Assembly: GCA_965285935.1 (NCBI GenBank)
Contig: OZ260661.1
Coordinates: 124,000,001-124,064,000 of the forward strand
Origin: Ophelia neglecta
Taxonomy: Eukaryota
Reading direction: 5' to 3'
DNA: 64,000 nt
Shown here: positions 54,201 through 63,224 of the stretch, piece after piece
Position numbering within the stretch: position 1 is the first letter of the stretch
Layout of the letters: each line of letters begins with the position of its first letter
Notes under the pieces: model-generated
Seen by the model: the letters and a program-made list of their open reading frames with translations, nothing else
What the model was told of the DNA's origin: nothing
Databases searched by the model: none
Made by a program: the position numbers and the translations under genes

Positions 54201-57200
54201 GAGAACTCACAGGGACACAAACAAATTACAGAGAACAATAGAAAGACTTACAAAACTAGCAAGAAAGAGATCCCTAGTTTCCAGCAAAAACAAAAGCCTA
54301 TCTCCAGTTTCCAGCAAAAAACAATCAGTAGACAGAGTTCGGGACTGGTGAGTATAGAGATCAGGTGAAGGGAGATGCTGAGCAACATGCTTCATTCAGA
54401 AGCAACACAGAAACAATACCAACACCTCAACACCTACAGTACCTCACCAAGTTATATATGTAACCTTGCCAAAAAGCACACTGATCAGTTGTTTATAAAC
54501 TATTCATAGGGATTGCAGTCAGCTGCACTATAATCTTAGAGAGCCAAATATGTAACAAAATATACTGTAAAATGTCATAGAGTGTTTAACTATAGGCAAT
54601 ATATACTTGAACATGTAAATTTATGCCAAAAATATTGCTCCATAGAGTCTTCATCATGAATTTTCTTTGTTTATACAGTTAACACATTGCTTTGGAAAAA
54701 TTACAGTATGATTGAAAAGAACTAAACAAAAAGGTTTAAAATATGCCATATTTCCCTAATAAGCACTTACTGAATTAAATTAACCATCCACACAAGATTT
54801 ATATTCATTCAGACACAATTTTACAGAAAATAAAGCCAATACGGCAATAATTTTTATAAGGCAATGTTACATGAAATTTGTGTGCATCCTTTCAGGTTTG
54901 CAAGGCCAGAAATGCAAGGGAAAACAAAAACCAGTTGAATTATTACTGTAAAAGGGGTGTGGTTATTATAGGGTGTAAATACCAATTTAGTCTGAATATT
55001 ACAAGGCGAAAAAACTAATTTTGTCTGAATATATCTAGGGCAAGTATCTCTTTTTTCCAACTCATAAATAATGTGGATGCCAACACAGCTGCCTTGTTTC
55101 ACAGTAGCACTGCTGCAGGAAGATTCATTGTCAGTCACACAGAAATAAACACCAAGCTAGGCCATAAATTAATCATACTCTGTGACAATTTGTGTTATAC
55201 AATTTACTCCTTCAGAGAAGCAAATGGCAATGACAATTCTCCTAACCAATTGTCAGAGATTTACTTTGAAAATACCAGCAAATGTAATTTATTTGTTGCC
55301 AATTTATTGGCAAGCAATTGAACATTATGACTGCTATGAATACGACAAGGTCATTGTGAATTCAATAACTGAGTGTTTATCTTGTGTTCCAGAATTTTTG
55401 GAAAGCATTATTATTTGTTGATACTACTTAATTTATTTGTTTTCATGCCATAATAACTATATTTTGTTTGAACACATATGTACAATACAATCATACAGCT
55501 TAACCAAGTGTTCAGCATGTGATGGGGGATGAGGTTCTGGCCAAGTTGGCCCCACTCACCATTGTCAAACTGGTTATGGCCAAGGGTGGGGCCATACAAT
55601 AAACCATGACGATGGCCTGTGCCCTTCATCATGCTAAGAGTGATAGGGGCCAGCCAGCATGGCGCTCCTAGGCCATTTTATCTGATTTGCTGGCATCTTT
55701 CTGATACCAATTTAGTTTAAGCTTTTGCCTTACAGGAGATATAGTAAATCTCTCTGTTCAGTACATTTTCATCAGCATGCCTTGTCTGGGGTTAATGAGC
55801 TTCAATCAGACCATTGCTCAAATTGGACTGGCATACTTGAGTAGTTGAGCAGTTTAAAAGTTAACCAAGGTAAATAAAACACAGTTTCCATAGTGCCTAA
55901 GATCTTTGCTATGACTGATTAAAGTCAGTAAAGACCCTCATGGGCCTAGGGAATATTTGTTTATTAAGGGAGAAGTGTCCCATGTTTTCAAGCTTTTCAG
56001 GGGCACAAATTTAAAACAGTTTATATGTGCTGTATATTGAGTATATTTATATTTAAGCACCTACAAGGACATCCATATACATGTACATATTTAATATTTG
56101 TTTGTGTTTCATTGTTTTTTTCAATCCTCCAGTACAGAAGCTCACTGTAACTTTGAAAAGTTTTCAGCTAACGGGTAGCAGCTTTCTTCTTTCAAGCAGC
56201 CTAATTAACTCAAGCATACTTACATGTATTTGTACAAGTAACTCTAAGATGGATTACTAACAAAAACAGCATACATTTATAGAATTACCTCTGTGGCAGC
56301 CACTGGCATTATACAAGGGCTCTGTGCAGCTGGGCCACAGCCACCGTTACTTACAACACTTACTTACAATGTTTATCAGTTTAAAACCCAGTGTTCAAAA
56401 TGTCAACCCTTTCCCTGATGGATAATTACCAGTCAAATCATGCACATGGAACTAAAAAATGTAGAAAATGGTCAAAATAAATAAAACACTTAAAACATTT
56501 CATGGATGCACAAGGCATAAACTGAAAGTTCTCGTCTGCCTTAAGAAAGTTGCTTTGTCTAAAGGCCTGAGCCAAATCATTTGATTAATGATGTTCTATC
56601 ATGCAACTCAGCACTAGCAAGGGGATTATCCAGAGCATCAATAAGGATTTACTGAGTCTTTCCCTGGATAATCTGCCTGTCACAATGCAGGTAGAGGAGC
56701 TACCTAAATCCATTGATATCCCACTTCCGCTCTAATGAGGCTGACTTAAATCCATATTGCTTGTACACCCGTGACCCTTGTGTTGGGGCACTGCTAAATC
56801 AACTACAGACTCTCTAAGTGGACTTGTTTTAGATCTGGAAAGCAACTGCACCCAATTTCTGTAAACATGGTGTTGTCATTAGTCTGGTTGAAAATGTAGT
56901 AAAAGGCATGTTGCTTTATCCACTGGTTCAGCTGAATCAAATTATCATGCCAGCACCCATGCTCCTTCCCTGATACTAGTACTCTGAATGAGTAGCCAAT
57001 TTGTAAGAAAACTAGACAACCTCAACACTCCAAGCCTTCTCCAATATCACAACAACTGTATCAAAAGGCTTGGCAAAAGGGTGAGAGTCTGTTGAATGGC
57101 TAAAGTCTTGGCGAACGGCCTGGTGAAAAGCTGAAGACTTGGACAAAGGCTAAAGGCTTGGCATAAGGTTGGCTAAAGGCTTTGCGAAAGGCTAAAGGCT

Positions 57201-59320
57201 TGGCACTAGGTTGGCTAAGGCTTAAGGCTTGGCGAAAGGCTTGGTGAAAGGCTTGGCATAAGGCTGGCTAAAGCTAAAGGCTTGGCGAAAGGCTAAAGGC
57301 TTGGCAAAAGTTTTAAGGCTTGGCATAAGGTTGGCTATGGCTGAAGGCTTGGCGAAAGGCTAAAGGCTTGGTGAGAGGCTAAAGATGTCAAAAGCCTAAA
57401 AAGGCTTGGCAAAAGGCCTGGTGAAAGGCTTGGAGAAAGATGAAAGGTTGGGGGAAAGACTAAGGGCTTGGTGAAAGGTGAGGCCAAAGGCAAAAGGCTT
57501 CATGAAATGCAAAAGGCTTGGCAAAACACTAAAGGCTTGGAGATAGGTCAAGGGCTTGGCAAAAGGCCAAAGGCATTGCAAAAGTCCTAGCAGGCAGTGC
57601 AATACATATACAGATATGTGAACCTCGGTACCCAAAGGCTTAGTAGACTGTCCTAATCAGTTGGCAGTTCATGCAAACCATTCACAGAGATCATACAACC
57701 ACATGTTAATCTTAAACCAGCACTTCAGGAATGGAATGATTAAATTATATCAAAGAAGCTGTACATTCAGTGTTTTACACCTGTGATTTTAATAAACATT
57801 GTTTAGTCAGGCCATCAGTTTCATTTCTTGGTATCATTTTATCCTCCTTTTTATCTGACAGAAGAGAGCTCTTATGATAATACAAGTAGCAGCATTAATC
57901 TTGATATTTTTCTAATGAACAGAGAATATAATCTCCTTCAGAAAATAGAAAACTTTATGCCTGTCAACATCTGAAAGTGATTCATGAGATGATACTGAAA
58001 GATAGAATATTCATTGTGATAGGAAAGTCCTTGTGAGACAGAGAACACTTTTTTCATCATTAGGAGAGAAGTACAGGTTAGAAAAAGATTGGTCATCACT
58101 TGGGAATAATTGCCAGCTCAATAAACAGCCAGTAATGACCGCCAGGGGATGGCTTCTTGGCATGGCATTTATTTGGGGCCTTCCGCAAATGTCAGGAGAG
58201 ATTTGCAAAAAAGGTCTGTAAAAAAACAGCTTTATTTGATACACAGAGCGGAGACTACAAATGTTGCATTGACATTCTCCAAGAAACATCTGCAGTTTTC
58301 TACTAAAGCCTAGGGAGAAAGTTTGGACGATTTTGTTGATTTACGAGGCCAGCTGAAAGGATCTAGTCAAACCATTCAATAGAATGGTCCTAAAAAAGTG
58401 CCTTTGAAACAAGGCCAGTTAAAGTTAATGGATGAAATTTGTTCTCAAAGCCTCCACTGACAGATGGCATAAACCTGCCCATGAAAGCCTTGTTCCTGCA
58501 CTTTCAGGAGCTTGACGGATACATGTGCACTAATATTAATTACAGTCCTTCTCGGCCAATCAAAATAATGGTGGCTGACCATGATCGGCCACCCACAGTC
58601 CATAATAGATTTGTGATGGGGCCCGTATGCCACCCTAATGCCTGCCGGAGACATGTGCCCCGAGTCCTTCATTAAATGCCACTAGACCTTCATTAGAAAC
58701 TCATGAAATCAAGGATATCGGCATTCTGCACATTATAAGGATCAAATAACCCAAACAAGGCACCGCTTAGTCCAAAACAAGCACTTGACATGCACCCAAC
58801 TGAACTCCGGTGGGTCTTAGATCAAATTGTCCCACTTATATCCCACCGGTATGTTTTTTCGTGTACTGTATGTTAATATCTCTAATATCTACAGCTATCA
58901 AAAAGGGAAGGGGAGTGTTCAAATATTTCTGGTGATCAGATAACAAATTAAGGCTTAGATGGGGCAGTACATGATCAAATAGGATATAGCAATTTAGTAA
59001 TTGAATTAGGACAATTATATGCACATAAAAATTACTTTATCAAATATAATTCATTAGATCACTTAAGAGTCAAAAAATTCTCCATTCAGGTACACTTCAA
59101 TAGAGAGCCCTTTCGAAATGGATTAATCCACCTTCAGGATGTGACTATTAAATATAAATCATAAATTACCATTTACAGATATATGCACATGTATTAAATG
59201 GTTTGAAGCCTACCTTTATGAGAGTAGTATCTATCTTTTGGCCTCTGTGGTATACTTGGGGTGTGATCACCTCATGATAGCTGAACTCTCCTACAGCGTC
59301 CTTACTCCTGGCAAGTGTCA
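201..59320 (-). CDS. ADAM12: ADAM12/19/33 (meltrin)-like disintegrin and metalloproteinase, partial multi-exon gene: join of 59214-59320, 15267-15343, 14967-15045, 14617-14699, 13230-13345, 12635-12693, 12142-12228, 11866-11937, 10936-11105, 9715-9799, 9074-9204, 603-777, 201-296
   Basis: Manual splicing gives one open frame with canonical AG/GT ends and matching phases at every junction. It contains the prodomain motifs HCYYHGHV and [43 protein letters not shown]...CIM and CGNGFVEEGEECDCG. Family assignment is strong; one-to-one orthology to ADAM12 (versus 19/33) is not established. Confidence 0.9.
603..777 (-). CDS. ADAM12: ADAM exon, end of metalloprotease and start of disintegrin (GIKNPTKWSSCS...CGNGFVEEGEECDCGLVE)
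   Basis: 175 nt, phase 2/0; acceptor gattttcag, donor gtagga; hallmark CGNGFVEEGEECDCG. Confidence 0.96.
2495..2786 (+). CDS. Nested C-type lectin, first coding exon: signal peptide, low-complexity spacer and coiled-coil-like neck (MILILPMFMTLPFVEAS...LKAMRAQLDILQHMFTQCCL)
   Basis: Hydrophobic N-terminus ending VEA-S; donor CTAG|gtcagt is phase 1 and joins in frame to the CTLD exon at 3742. The start could instead be the in-frame ATG at 2480. Confidence 0.75.
3742..3918 (+). CDS. Nested C-type lectin exon, CTLD N-terminal part (GCPTGYFFPPGGSQCYRVSTEERSWWQAQQICQSEGSNLLSLQTAFEEFTITNYLSQNK)
   Basis: 177 nt, phase 1/1; acceptor tctcattacag, donor gtaaca; CP.G...CY.....SW..A...C....L.S long-form CTLD pattern. 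Not represented in the ORF track. Confidence 0.9.
4128..4311. mobile_element. Degenerate Tc1/mariner-type MITE
   Basis: Right end ccaggtttcactg|ta; decayed left end tactattgaaactt; internal repeated agaccacc motifs resemble the MITE at 40529. Confidence 0.5.
4857..4934 (+). CDS. Nested C-type lectin exon, CTLD middle (DSIRFPLRFYTNGNELTTKGVWQWGL)
   Basis: 78 nt, phase 1/1; acceptor atctcattacag, donor gtacgt; aligns to the WIGx-D...G-W-W segment of CTLDs. Confidence 0.82.
5692..5849 (+). CDS. Nested C-type lectin exon, CTLD C-terminal part (GDAGEVFTHTNWGVNEPNDSELEREECVEYNYSYGWNDVPCYLPLRYICERDM)
   Basis: Acceptor atcgtttgtag, phase 1; NW..NEPN, E.C, WND.PC and YICE motifs. If unspliced it reads through to a stop at 5886-5888. 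Confidence 0.92.
5829..8241 (+). repeat. 71-bp minisatellite, about 34 unit-lengths, with occasional extra 35-bp sub-units
   Basis: Unit tacatctgtgagagggacatggtgatcactgggggacatgagggacatactgagtggtgatcacactacca; near-identical copies. Confidence 0.98.
8242..8297 (-). repeat. Inverted partial copy of the 71-bp unit terminating the array
   Basis: gtatgtccctcatgtcccccagtgatcaccatgtccctctcacagatgtatggtag is the exact reverse complement of 56 nt of the unit. Confidence 0.95.
8509..8520 (+). CDS. Probable terminal coding exon of the nested lectin (C-H-I-stop), followed by 3' UTR
   Basis: Strong acceptor ttttttatttgtttctttag then TGC CAT ATA TAA, in phase 0 with ...GAC ATG|gt; AATAAA about 235 nt downstream. 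Confidence 0.55.
   Translation, partial: CHI
8756..8761 (+). promoter_or_regulatory. Candidate polyadenylation signal of the nested lectin
   Basis: AATAAA downstream of the predicted stop and upstream of the antisense ADAM exon at 9074. Confidence 0.4.
9074..9204 (-). CDS. ADAM12: ADAM catalytic exon ([43 protein letters not shown])
   Basis: 131 nt, phase 0/2; intact HExxHxxGxxHD and CIM Met-turn; acceptor ttgatcttcag, donor gtaagt. Confidence 0.97.
9261..9487. mobile_element. Small non-autonomous element with ~42-bp imperfect terminal inverted repeats
   Basis: cggctttgtattaacggcaaatgtgaaagcttcggcgaaagc (9261-9302) versus gctttcgcccaagctttcgctttcgccgttttcacaaagccg (9446-9487); internal aaccctaaccc. 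Confidence 0.6.
9715..9799 (-). CDS. ADAM12: ADAM exon (GQKLGDGVVGKAPIMTICSWRYSGGVNM)
   Basis: 85 nt, phase 2/0; G.A....C....SGGV..DH reprolysin motif. Confidence 0.93.
10936..11105 (-). CDS. ADAM12: ADAM exon (LYRPLGIYVALVGVETW...HPNDNAQLIT)
   Basis: 170 nt, phase 0/2; Y.PL.I.V.LVG.E.W and DNAQLI motifs. Confidence 0.96.
11866..11937 (-). CDS. ADAM12: ADAM exon (YKFYEYNIMKVVRRTKDIINVVSS)
   Basis: 72 nt, phase 0/0; acceptor ctttttttttcag, donor gtaagt. Confidence 0.9.
12142..12228 (-). CDS. ADAM12: ADAM exon, start of mature metalloprotease ([29 protein letters not shown])
   Basis: 87 nt, phase 0/0; K.VELYVVND motif; completes the RLKR furin site. Confidence 0.92.
12635..12693 (-). CDS. 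ADAM12: ADAM exon, prodomain linker (GQDGDVPNMPKNDDKIRKSR)
   Basis: 59 nt, phase 1/0, needed to bridge the phases of its neighbours; acceptor ttccttttcag, donor gtagga. Confidence 0.82.
13230..13345 (-). CDS. ADAM12: ADAM prodomain exon (GYISVGSEAYHIEPITSVISDRHYLFRDSDRIPDNLKC-G)
   Basis: 116 nt, phase 2/1; Y.IEP...H..F motif and the cysteine-switch CG. Confidence 0.92.
14160..14612. repeat. C-rich low-complexity tract (G-rich on the ADAM sense strand)
   Basis: Degenerate ccc/acc/ctc runs; produces spurious Pro-rich and Gly-rich ORFs. Confidence 0.85.
14617..14699 (-). CDS. ADAM12: ADAM prodomain exon ([28 protein letters not shown])
   Basis: 83 nt, phase 0/2; HCYY.G.V.G...S..ALSTC.G propeptide motif. 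Confidence 0.95.
14967..15045 (-). CDS. ADAM12: ADAM prodomain exon (QLFSPKYIEKHFTKEGEEVINKNIKE)
   Basis: 79 nt, phase 2/0; acceptor tttcttttacag, donor gtgagt. Confidence 0.9.
15267..15343 (-). CDS. ADAM12: ADAM prodomain exon (AHHAENITVIVRSNTTKFTLDLLLNR)
   Basis: 77 nt, phase 0/2; F.L.L..N motif; acceptor ttttctttccag, donor gtgagt. Confidence 0.9.
16540..16712. repeat. Short degenerate ~26-bp tandem repeat
   Basis: About 6 diverged copies of gagggtatgagagggccacctcc. Confidence 0.65.
19492..21537. repeat. 63-bp minisatellite, about 32 copies
   Basis: Unit gagagacacatggacacagagcccctgacattacaggagacatgtaccagccctgagggttaagga-like; near-identical copies with occasional small deletions. Confidence 0.98.
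24469..26916. repeat. 45-bp minisatellite, about 54 copies
   Basis: Unit gagtctgtagcctggctaggggcagtcagagttcagtccccacct; contains the palindrome tagcc-t-ggcta. Confidence 0.98.
29718..29863 (+). repeat. Dispersed direct repeat, copy 1
   Basis: Closely matches 32787-32923 (gagttggaccctttctgtaatgaaag...ttgtatctttt). Confidence 0.85.
30902..31970. repeat. 59-bp minisatellite, about 18 unit-lengths
   Basis: Unit gagtggtatactactcaatgagctgaagatggaggcacagtgaggggtgatacatgtac, with internal partial duplications. Confidence 0.97.
32787..32923 (+). repeat. Dispersed direct repeat, copy 2
   Basis: See 29718-29863. Confidence 0.85.
33240..33350. repeat. Short degenerate ~23-bp tandem repeat
   Basis: About 5 copies of gcctttctaagtcctgcagtcac. 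Confidence 0.65.
40239..40341. mobile_element. Internally deleted MITE of the CAGTGGTCCC family
   Basis: cagtgttccctgtgatgtaggg...gggaccactg|ta; shares motifs with the 41656 and 63313 copies. Confidence 0.6.
40529..40636. mobile_element. Tc1/mariner-type MITE
   Basis: ta|cagtggaacccct...aggggtttcactg|ta: TIRs with a TA target duplication. Confidence 0.7.
41656..41837. mobile_element. Tc1/mariner-type MITE of the CAGTGGTCCC family
   Basis: ta|tagtgttccctacaatgaaggga...tccctacatcacagggactactg|ta; homologous along its length to 63313-63472. Confidence 0.72.
47388..47720 (-). mobile_element. Full-length tRNA-derived SINE with a MetaSINE-like core
   Basis: Minus-strand Pol III A box TGGCCGAGTGG (47699-47709) and B box GGTTCGAACC (47654-47663); central aggactggt...gtcagtataatgtgact core; caa-type tail; perfect 10-bp TSD tggaggccta at 47378-47387 and 47721-47730. 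Confidence 0.88.
48966..49235. repeat. Degenerate ~36-40-bp tandem repeat
   Basis: Copies of cccagggtgtaacactgaaatgataacatactgt. Confidence 0.7.
51237..51959. repeat. ~19-20-bp minisatellite
   Basis: Unit atgatggccatgggatagaa-like, about 36 copies with variants. Confidence 0.95.
53783..53845. mobile_element. 63-bp hairpin element flanked by a 9-bp direct repeat
   Basis: cgagccaag|taccctgctcac...gtgagcagggta|cgagccaag. Confidence 0.55.
57064..57590. repeat. Degenerate aaaggcttggc(g) tandem repeat
   Basis: Many interleaved aaggcttggc and aaggcta motifs. Confidence 0.85.
59214..59320 (-). CDS. ADAM12: ADAM probable exon 2, start of prodomain (TLARSKDAVGEFSYHEVITPQVYHRGQKIDTTLIK)
   Basis: 107 nt, phase 1/0; acceptor tttcgttttttcag, donor AAG|gtaggc; (Y/H)EV..P motif typical of the ADAM prodomain start; phase 0 fits the exon at 15343. 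Confidence 0.75.
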
Positions 59321-62300
59321 CTGAAAAAACGAAATACAGGTTAAAACTGACAAAATATATAATATTTGTAATAATAATAGTTTATTGAAATTTGTGGCCT
59401 TCAGCCCATGGTTCACATACATCAAATAAAAGTTCAACATTCAAAACAGATGTGTATGATATTTATATTCTAACTAATCTCACGACTCAAAGCGACCTCC
59501 CTGATTTAAGACGCTTCTACAATGTACTGAGCCAATTTAAACAGTTTATCATTATTCTGGGTTGACATAATATCAATGAATTTTTTTATAAACACTGCTC
59601 TCGAGGAGACACAGCAGGATCACAGGACCAGCACGTCTGTGTCTGTGACATGGTACATGCTGGGAGAAAAGGGCATCGGGCACTGCTACCTGGCCATAAC
59701 CTACCTGTAATTTACGAAGGCAGCCATTCAGGTGCAAATGTAAAAGAATCAATTTTAAGTACTCGGGGGTCGTTTTGTACCGGGTTTTGAAGGACATTGG
59801 CTAAACATCATATGCAGCATGTGTTTTGAAGCTTAAAGGTAAACTAATCCAAGGAAATTTGATCTGAGGAATTGGTTGCCTCATATGTAAGCTGGAACAA
59901 ATAATGGAACAAGAACATTTATCGAAAAAATAATCAGAATAATCAAAATAATCTAACAACTTGCAAAATGGGCATGAACATTGCGCTTTTACGAAAAAAT
60001 CGGCCCTTGCCATTTTTGGTTACTTTTCAACCAAATTTTTTTTGCCCTATCCAAATTAGCCAAAAAAGCTTGATTTCATAAACTGTAAGCTTCAAACAAG
60101 ATATGTTACTTCCATTAAACAGTGTAAACCAAAAGGTGTCCAGTGACCTTTTTTTATGACATTTGCTTCCAGCTTTTCTATAAATGCTATATACCTGCCT
60201 TGATTCCCTGAGCTGTCCTTCATTACTTACTCCTAAATGTACATGTACATTATACAATACAGTATGCTTTAATAGGCAGGAACTCAGAGAACCATCTAGT
60301 GCTCAACAGGTGTCAGCACTGAATTATTACCCACAACACACTGCTGTGATTATAGAAGGTTGGGTCAGAGGTCAAAGAAATATGTCAGGGGTTGATATGC
60401 ACAGCCGTGCTGTGGGCTAAGGCCTCCAGGAATCTCACTAGGGCCAATAAACAGCACAAACTACTGGCCTGGCCACTGGCTAGACAGATCCACTAGTCTA
60501 CGGGTATGGTTGTTAAAAAAAAAACTCAAGTAAAGCAATTAAAGGATTATCTTGAAATTGAAAAAAAAACAATGGGGAAATACAGGTTTTCAACAATGCC
60601 TGGCAGTCTATAATGAAAGACAAGGAACATGTCAATAAAGACGAAAATGTGTTCTTATTGCTGCGAACTACGCATCCTAGAGAGGATTGTATTGTGTGGT
60701 GTATGGAGGCTCAAGAAACCGCATCTTCTATTAATTATATAACAGTAAAGTGAGAAGTACGTGACTGTAGAGGCCCTCCCCTAATGGCTTGACTAGTAAG
60801 TTTACCAGCAATTTGATACCCATAAAGAGCAGTACATACTGCTAACAGAAGACTGTCGATAAGATAAAAATACATTGCTGAAGAACATTAAAATATAAAC
60901 AAACTTTTTGTTAGTATTTCATATAGCTATTTTTTCCCATATAAATCACTCAACACTATCATGGTATGTTTTAAACTTTACCCTATGCCTCCAAAACTAT
61001 CTTAAAATACTCGATTCTCAAGACAGACACACTTCAAACAAAACTTGTATGTTCTAACAAGACAAGGACCCTTCATGAGTTGTTCAATGATCATTAGTAC
61101 ACTGAACGGGAAAAAGGCCCAGGTCGAAGAATCCACAAGTGCAAAATCTCAAATAATTAACACAACTTTTTCAAACATTCTATGCATTCACAAAAGCTTC
61201 CCAAATACAAAATTGAGTATTGTTTTCTAGTATTCTTTCTTTAACAACCCAACCCCTATCATGAAGAAATATAGTTCAAAGCCCTATCATGAAAATCTAG
61301 CTCTTTAAACTAATGCCCTGGGCAAAAAAATACCATGAAAAGACACCATTAGTCATGAGACATATTAAATTACTACCTTAATTATTTGATAACTATTTAC
61401 CTACATTAATTATTAGTTGCCTTCATTGATATATATTTCACTCCCCAGAACATGCTTAAAGGCACAAACTTTTCTGGAATTTGTTTTTACATACTGCTTT
61501 TTTGCAGTTCTACATATAAGTGTAGCTAACCTGTTGTTTAACATGTTCCCGTCATATTTAGACTCTTTCAGCTTAATTTTATTTAATAGACTGCTAAAAA
61601 GGCATACTCCTACGAGTCCCCACTTTTGGCCATTGGTTGACGGTGCTGTGCAATCCATTGTTTGTAGAAAGTGAATGCGGTCAGGCATGTCCAAATTTTT
61701 AAAGGACAATCAGGATTTGCAAATTTCCAAATTAGTGTTCCCTGGTGAGACCAGCTTTTAGTATAACAGGGTGTATATGGGAAATCGGTATTTGGCTAGT
61801 TCCAAGATAGAACTGACAAGTAGTGCTTGCAGCATGGCAACATTAATAAATGACCGCATTCGAAATAAGACATATAGTTATTTTATTAAGAACTTTGGGC
61901 ATGCCATTCTTTGATTACTAAGTGAATATTACTATTACATGACATAGATTATGATTACATGTTTAGAATTAGGTCCATATTTTAGCAAACTGAAGATTGG
62001 GTCCCTTCAGAAACATTATTTTTGGTACAATGGGAAAAGTAGGAATTAGATATTCCAAAAAATTCTCAGCTGAATTATTACCACCAATATTTGGTAGGGG
62101 TCAACACACTCTAGGCTGGAGTAAGGGTCCTTGATTGGTTGAGCAATAGTCATCATTTTTATCTACATCAGCCTGCTGCACTTGAAGTACAAGAAAGTAG
62201 TAGTGTCAACTGTAATGAAAGAATCGGCTTTGATGTCTCAAATATGCTGTATGCCCAGAACACACCCACCAGTTCAATGTATAACATACTATGCCAATGT

Positions 62301-63224
62301 GCTCAACCACAGCATCCTAAGTCCCACAGAGCAATATTTCATCTATTAATGCCACTTCCTTCACTTACGGAGCGGATCTTTCATGACATTGTATGCAGAG
62401 AAATAGTCACTAATACCATGCCAGCCAGAGCTAAATTCAAGCTGAACTGAAAGCATTTGGACGATACTTTTGGTGGGCAAATAAAAATAAATGAAGCCAA
62501 AAGGGAAGCAGTCAGGAGACACAGGCCCAATCAATTTTATTATTGGATCTATCTCATTTCCAGCAAGTCTCTTTTCAAGCAGACGGGGTCAGCAGAGGTC
62601 ATGCCGTTCTCAGACTGGCTAAACACAATACAGGATCAATTTTATTTACACACATCATAAAGCTAATGAAGTTCGCTTATAGCAGATACAAACCAGGCGA
62701 GGAATTGTATACAGAGTCTGTGAGAACAAGCCCCTTTCTTCTGACTTGGAAATAATCTCTTTGTTTCTTCATGTCTTGCATTAGTTATGACATTTGTTAG
62801 GTGCAGCACAAGCCGGTGGTAATATCATGTCACTTCTTGTAAGGGCACTTAGAAGTTGATTTAATATCAAGACGTTTGCTAACAGAAAAAATATTTATCA
62901 TTTTTCATTCTTGAATTGAAATTTGCCTAATGAAGGGCTAGCCACATGCTTTTTGGGACTTGCAGTTAAGGACATCAGTACTTAGTCATTAAAATAGAGA
63001 ACCATAACAATTAATCGTAATCTTGTTATCTGTGAAGACGTGCCTGGTTGATTCACACAATTATAAGGACTCACATATCACATTGTTACAATTAGAAAGC
63101 ATATCCTGATAATTGCAAACAATAAATCAGTACTTAATGTTTGTCAAAGATAAAGAAGTGTTCTCAAATTGCATCATGTTAGAACAAACAATCATGTAAA
63201 CAATAGAAAAAAAGGCTATTGCAA

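Noticed and set aside
59573-59797. Possible ADAM signal-peptide exon (VILLCLL)
   Set aside because: No suitable in-frame start and no phase-1 donor; exon 1 is presumed to lie beyond the window.
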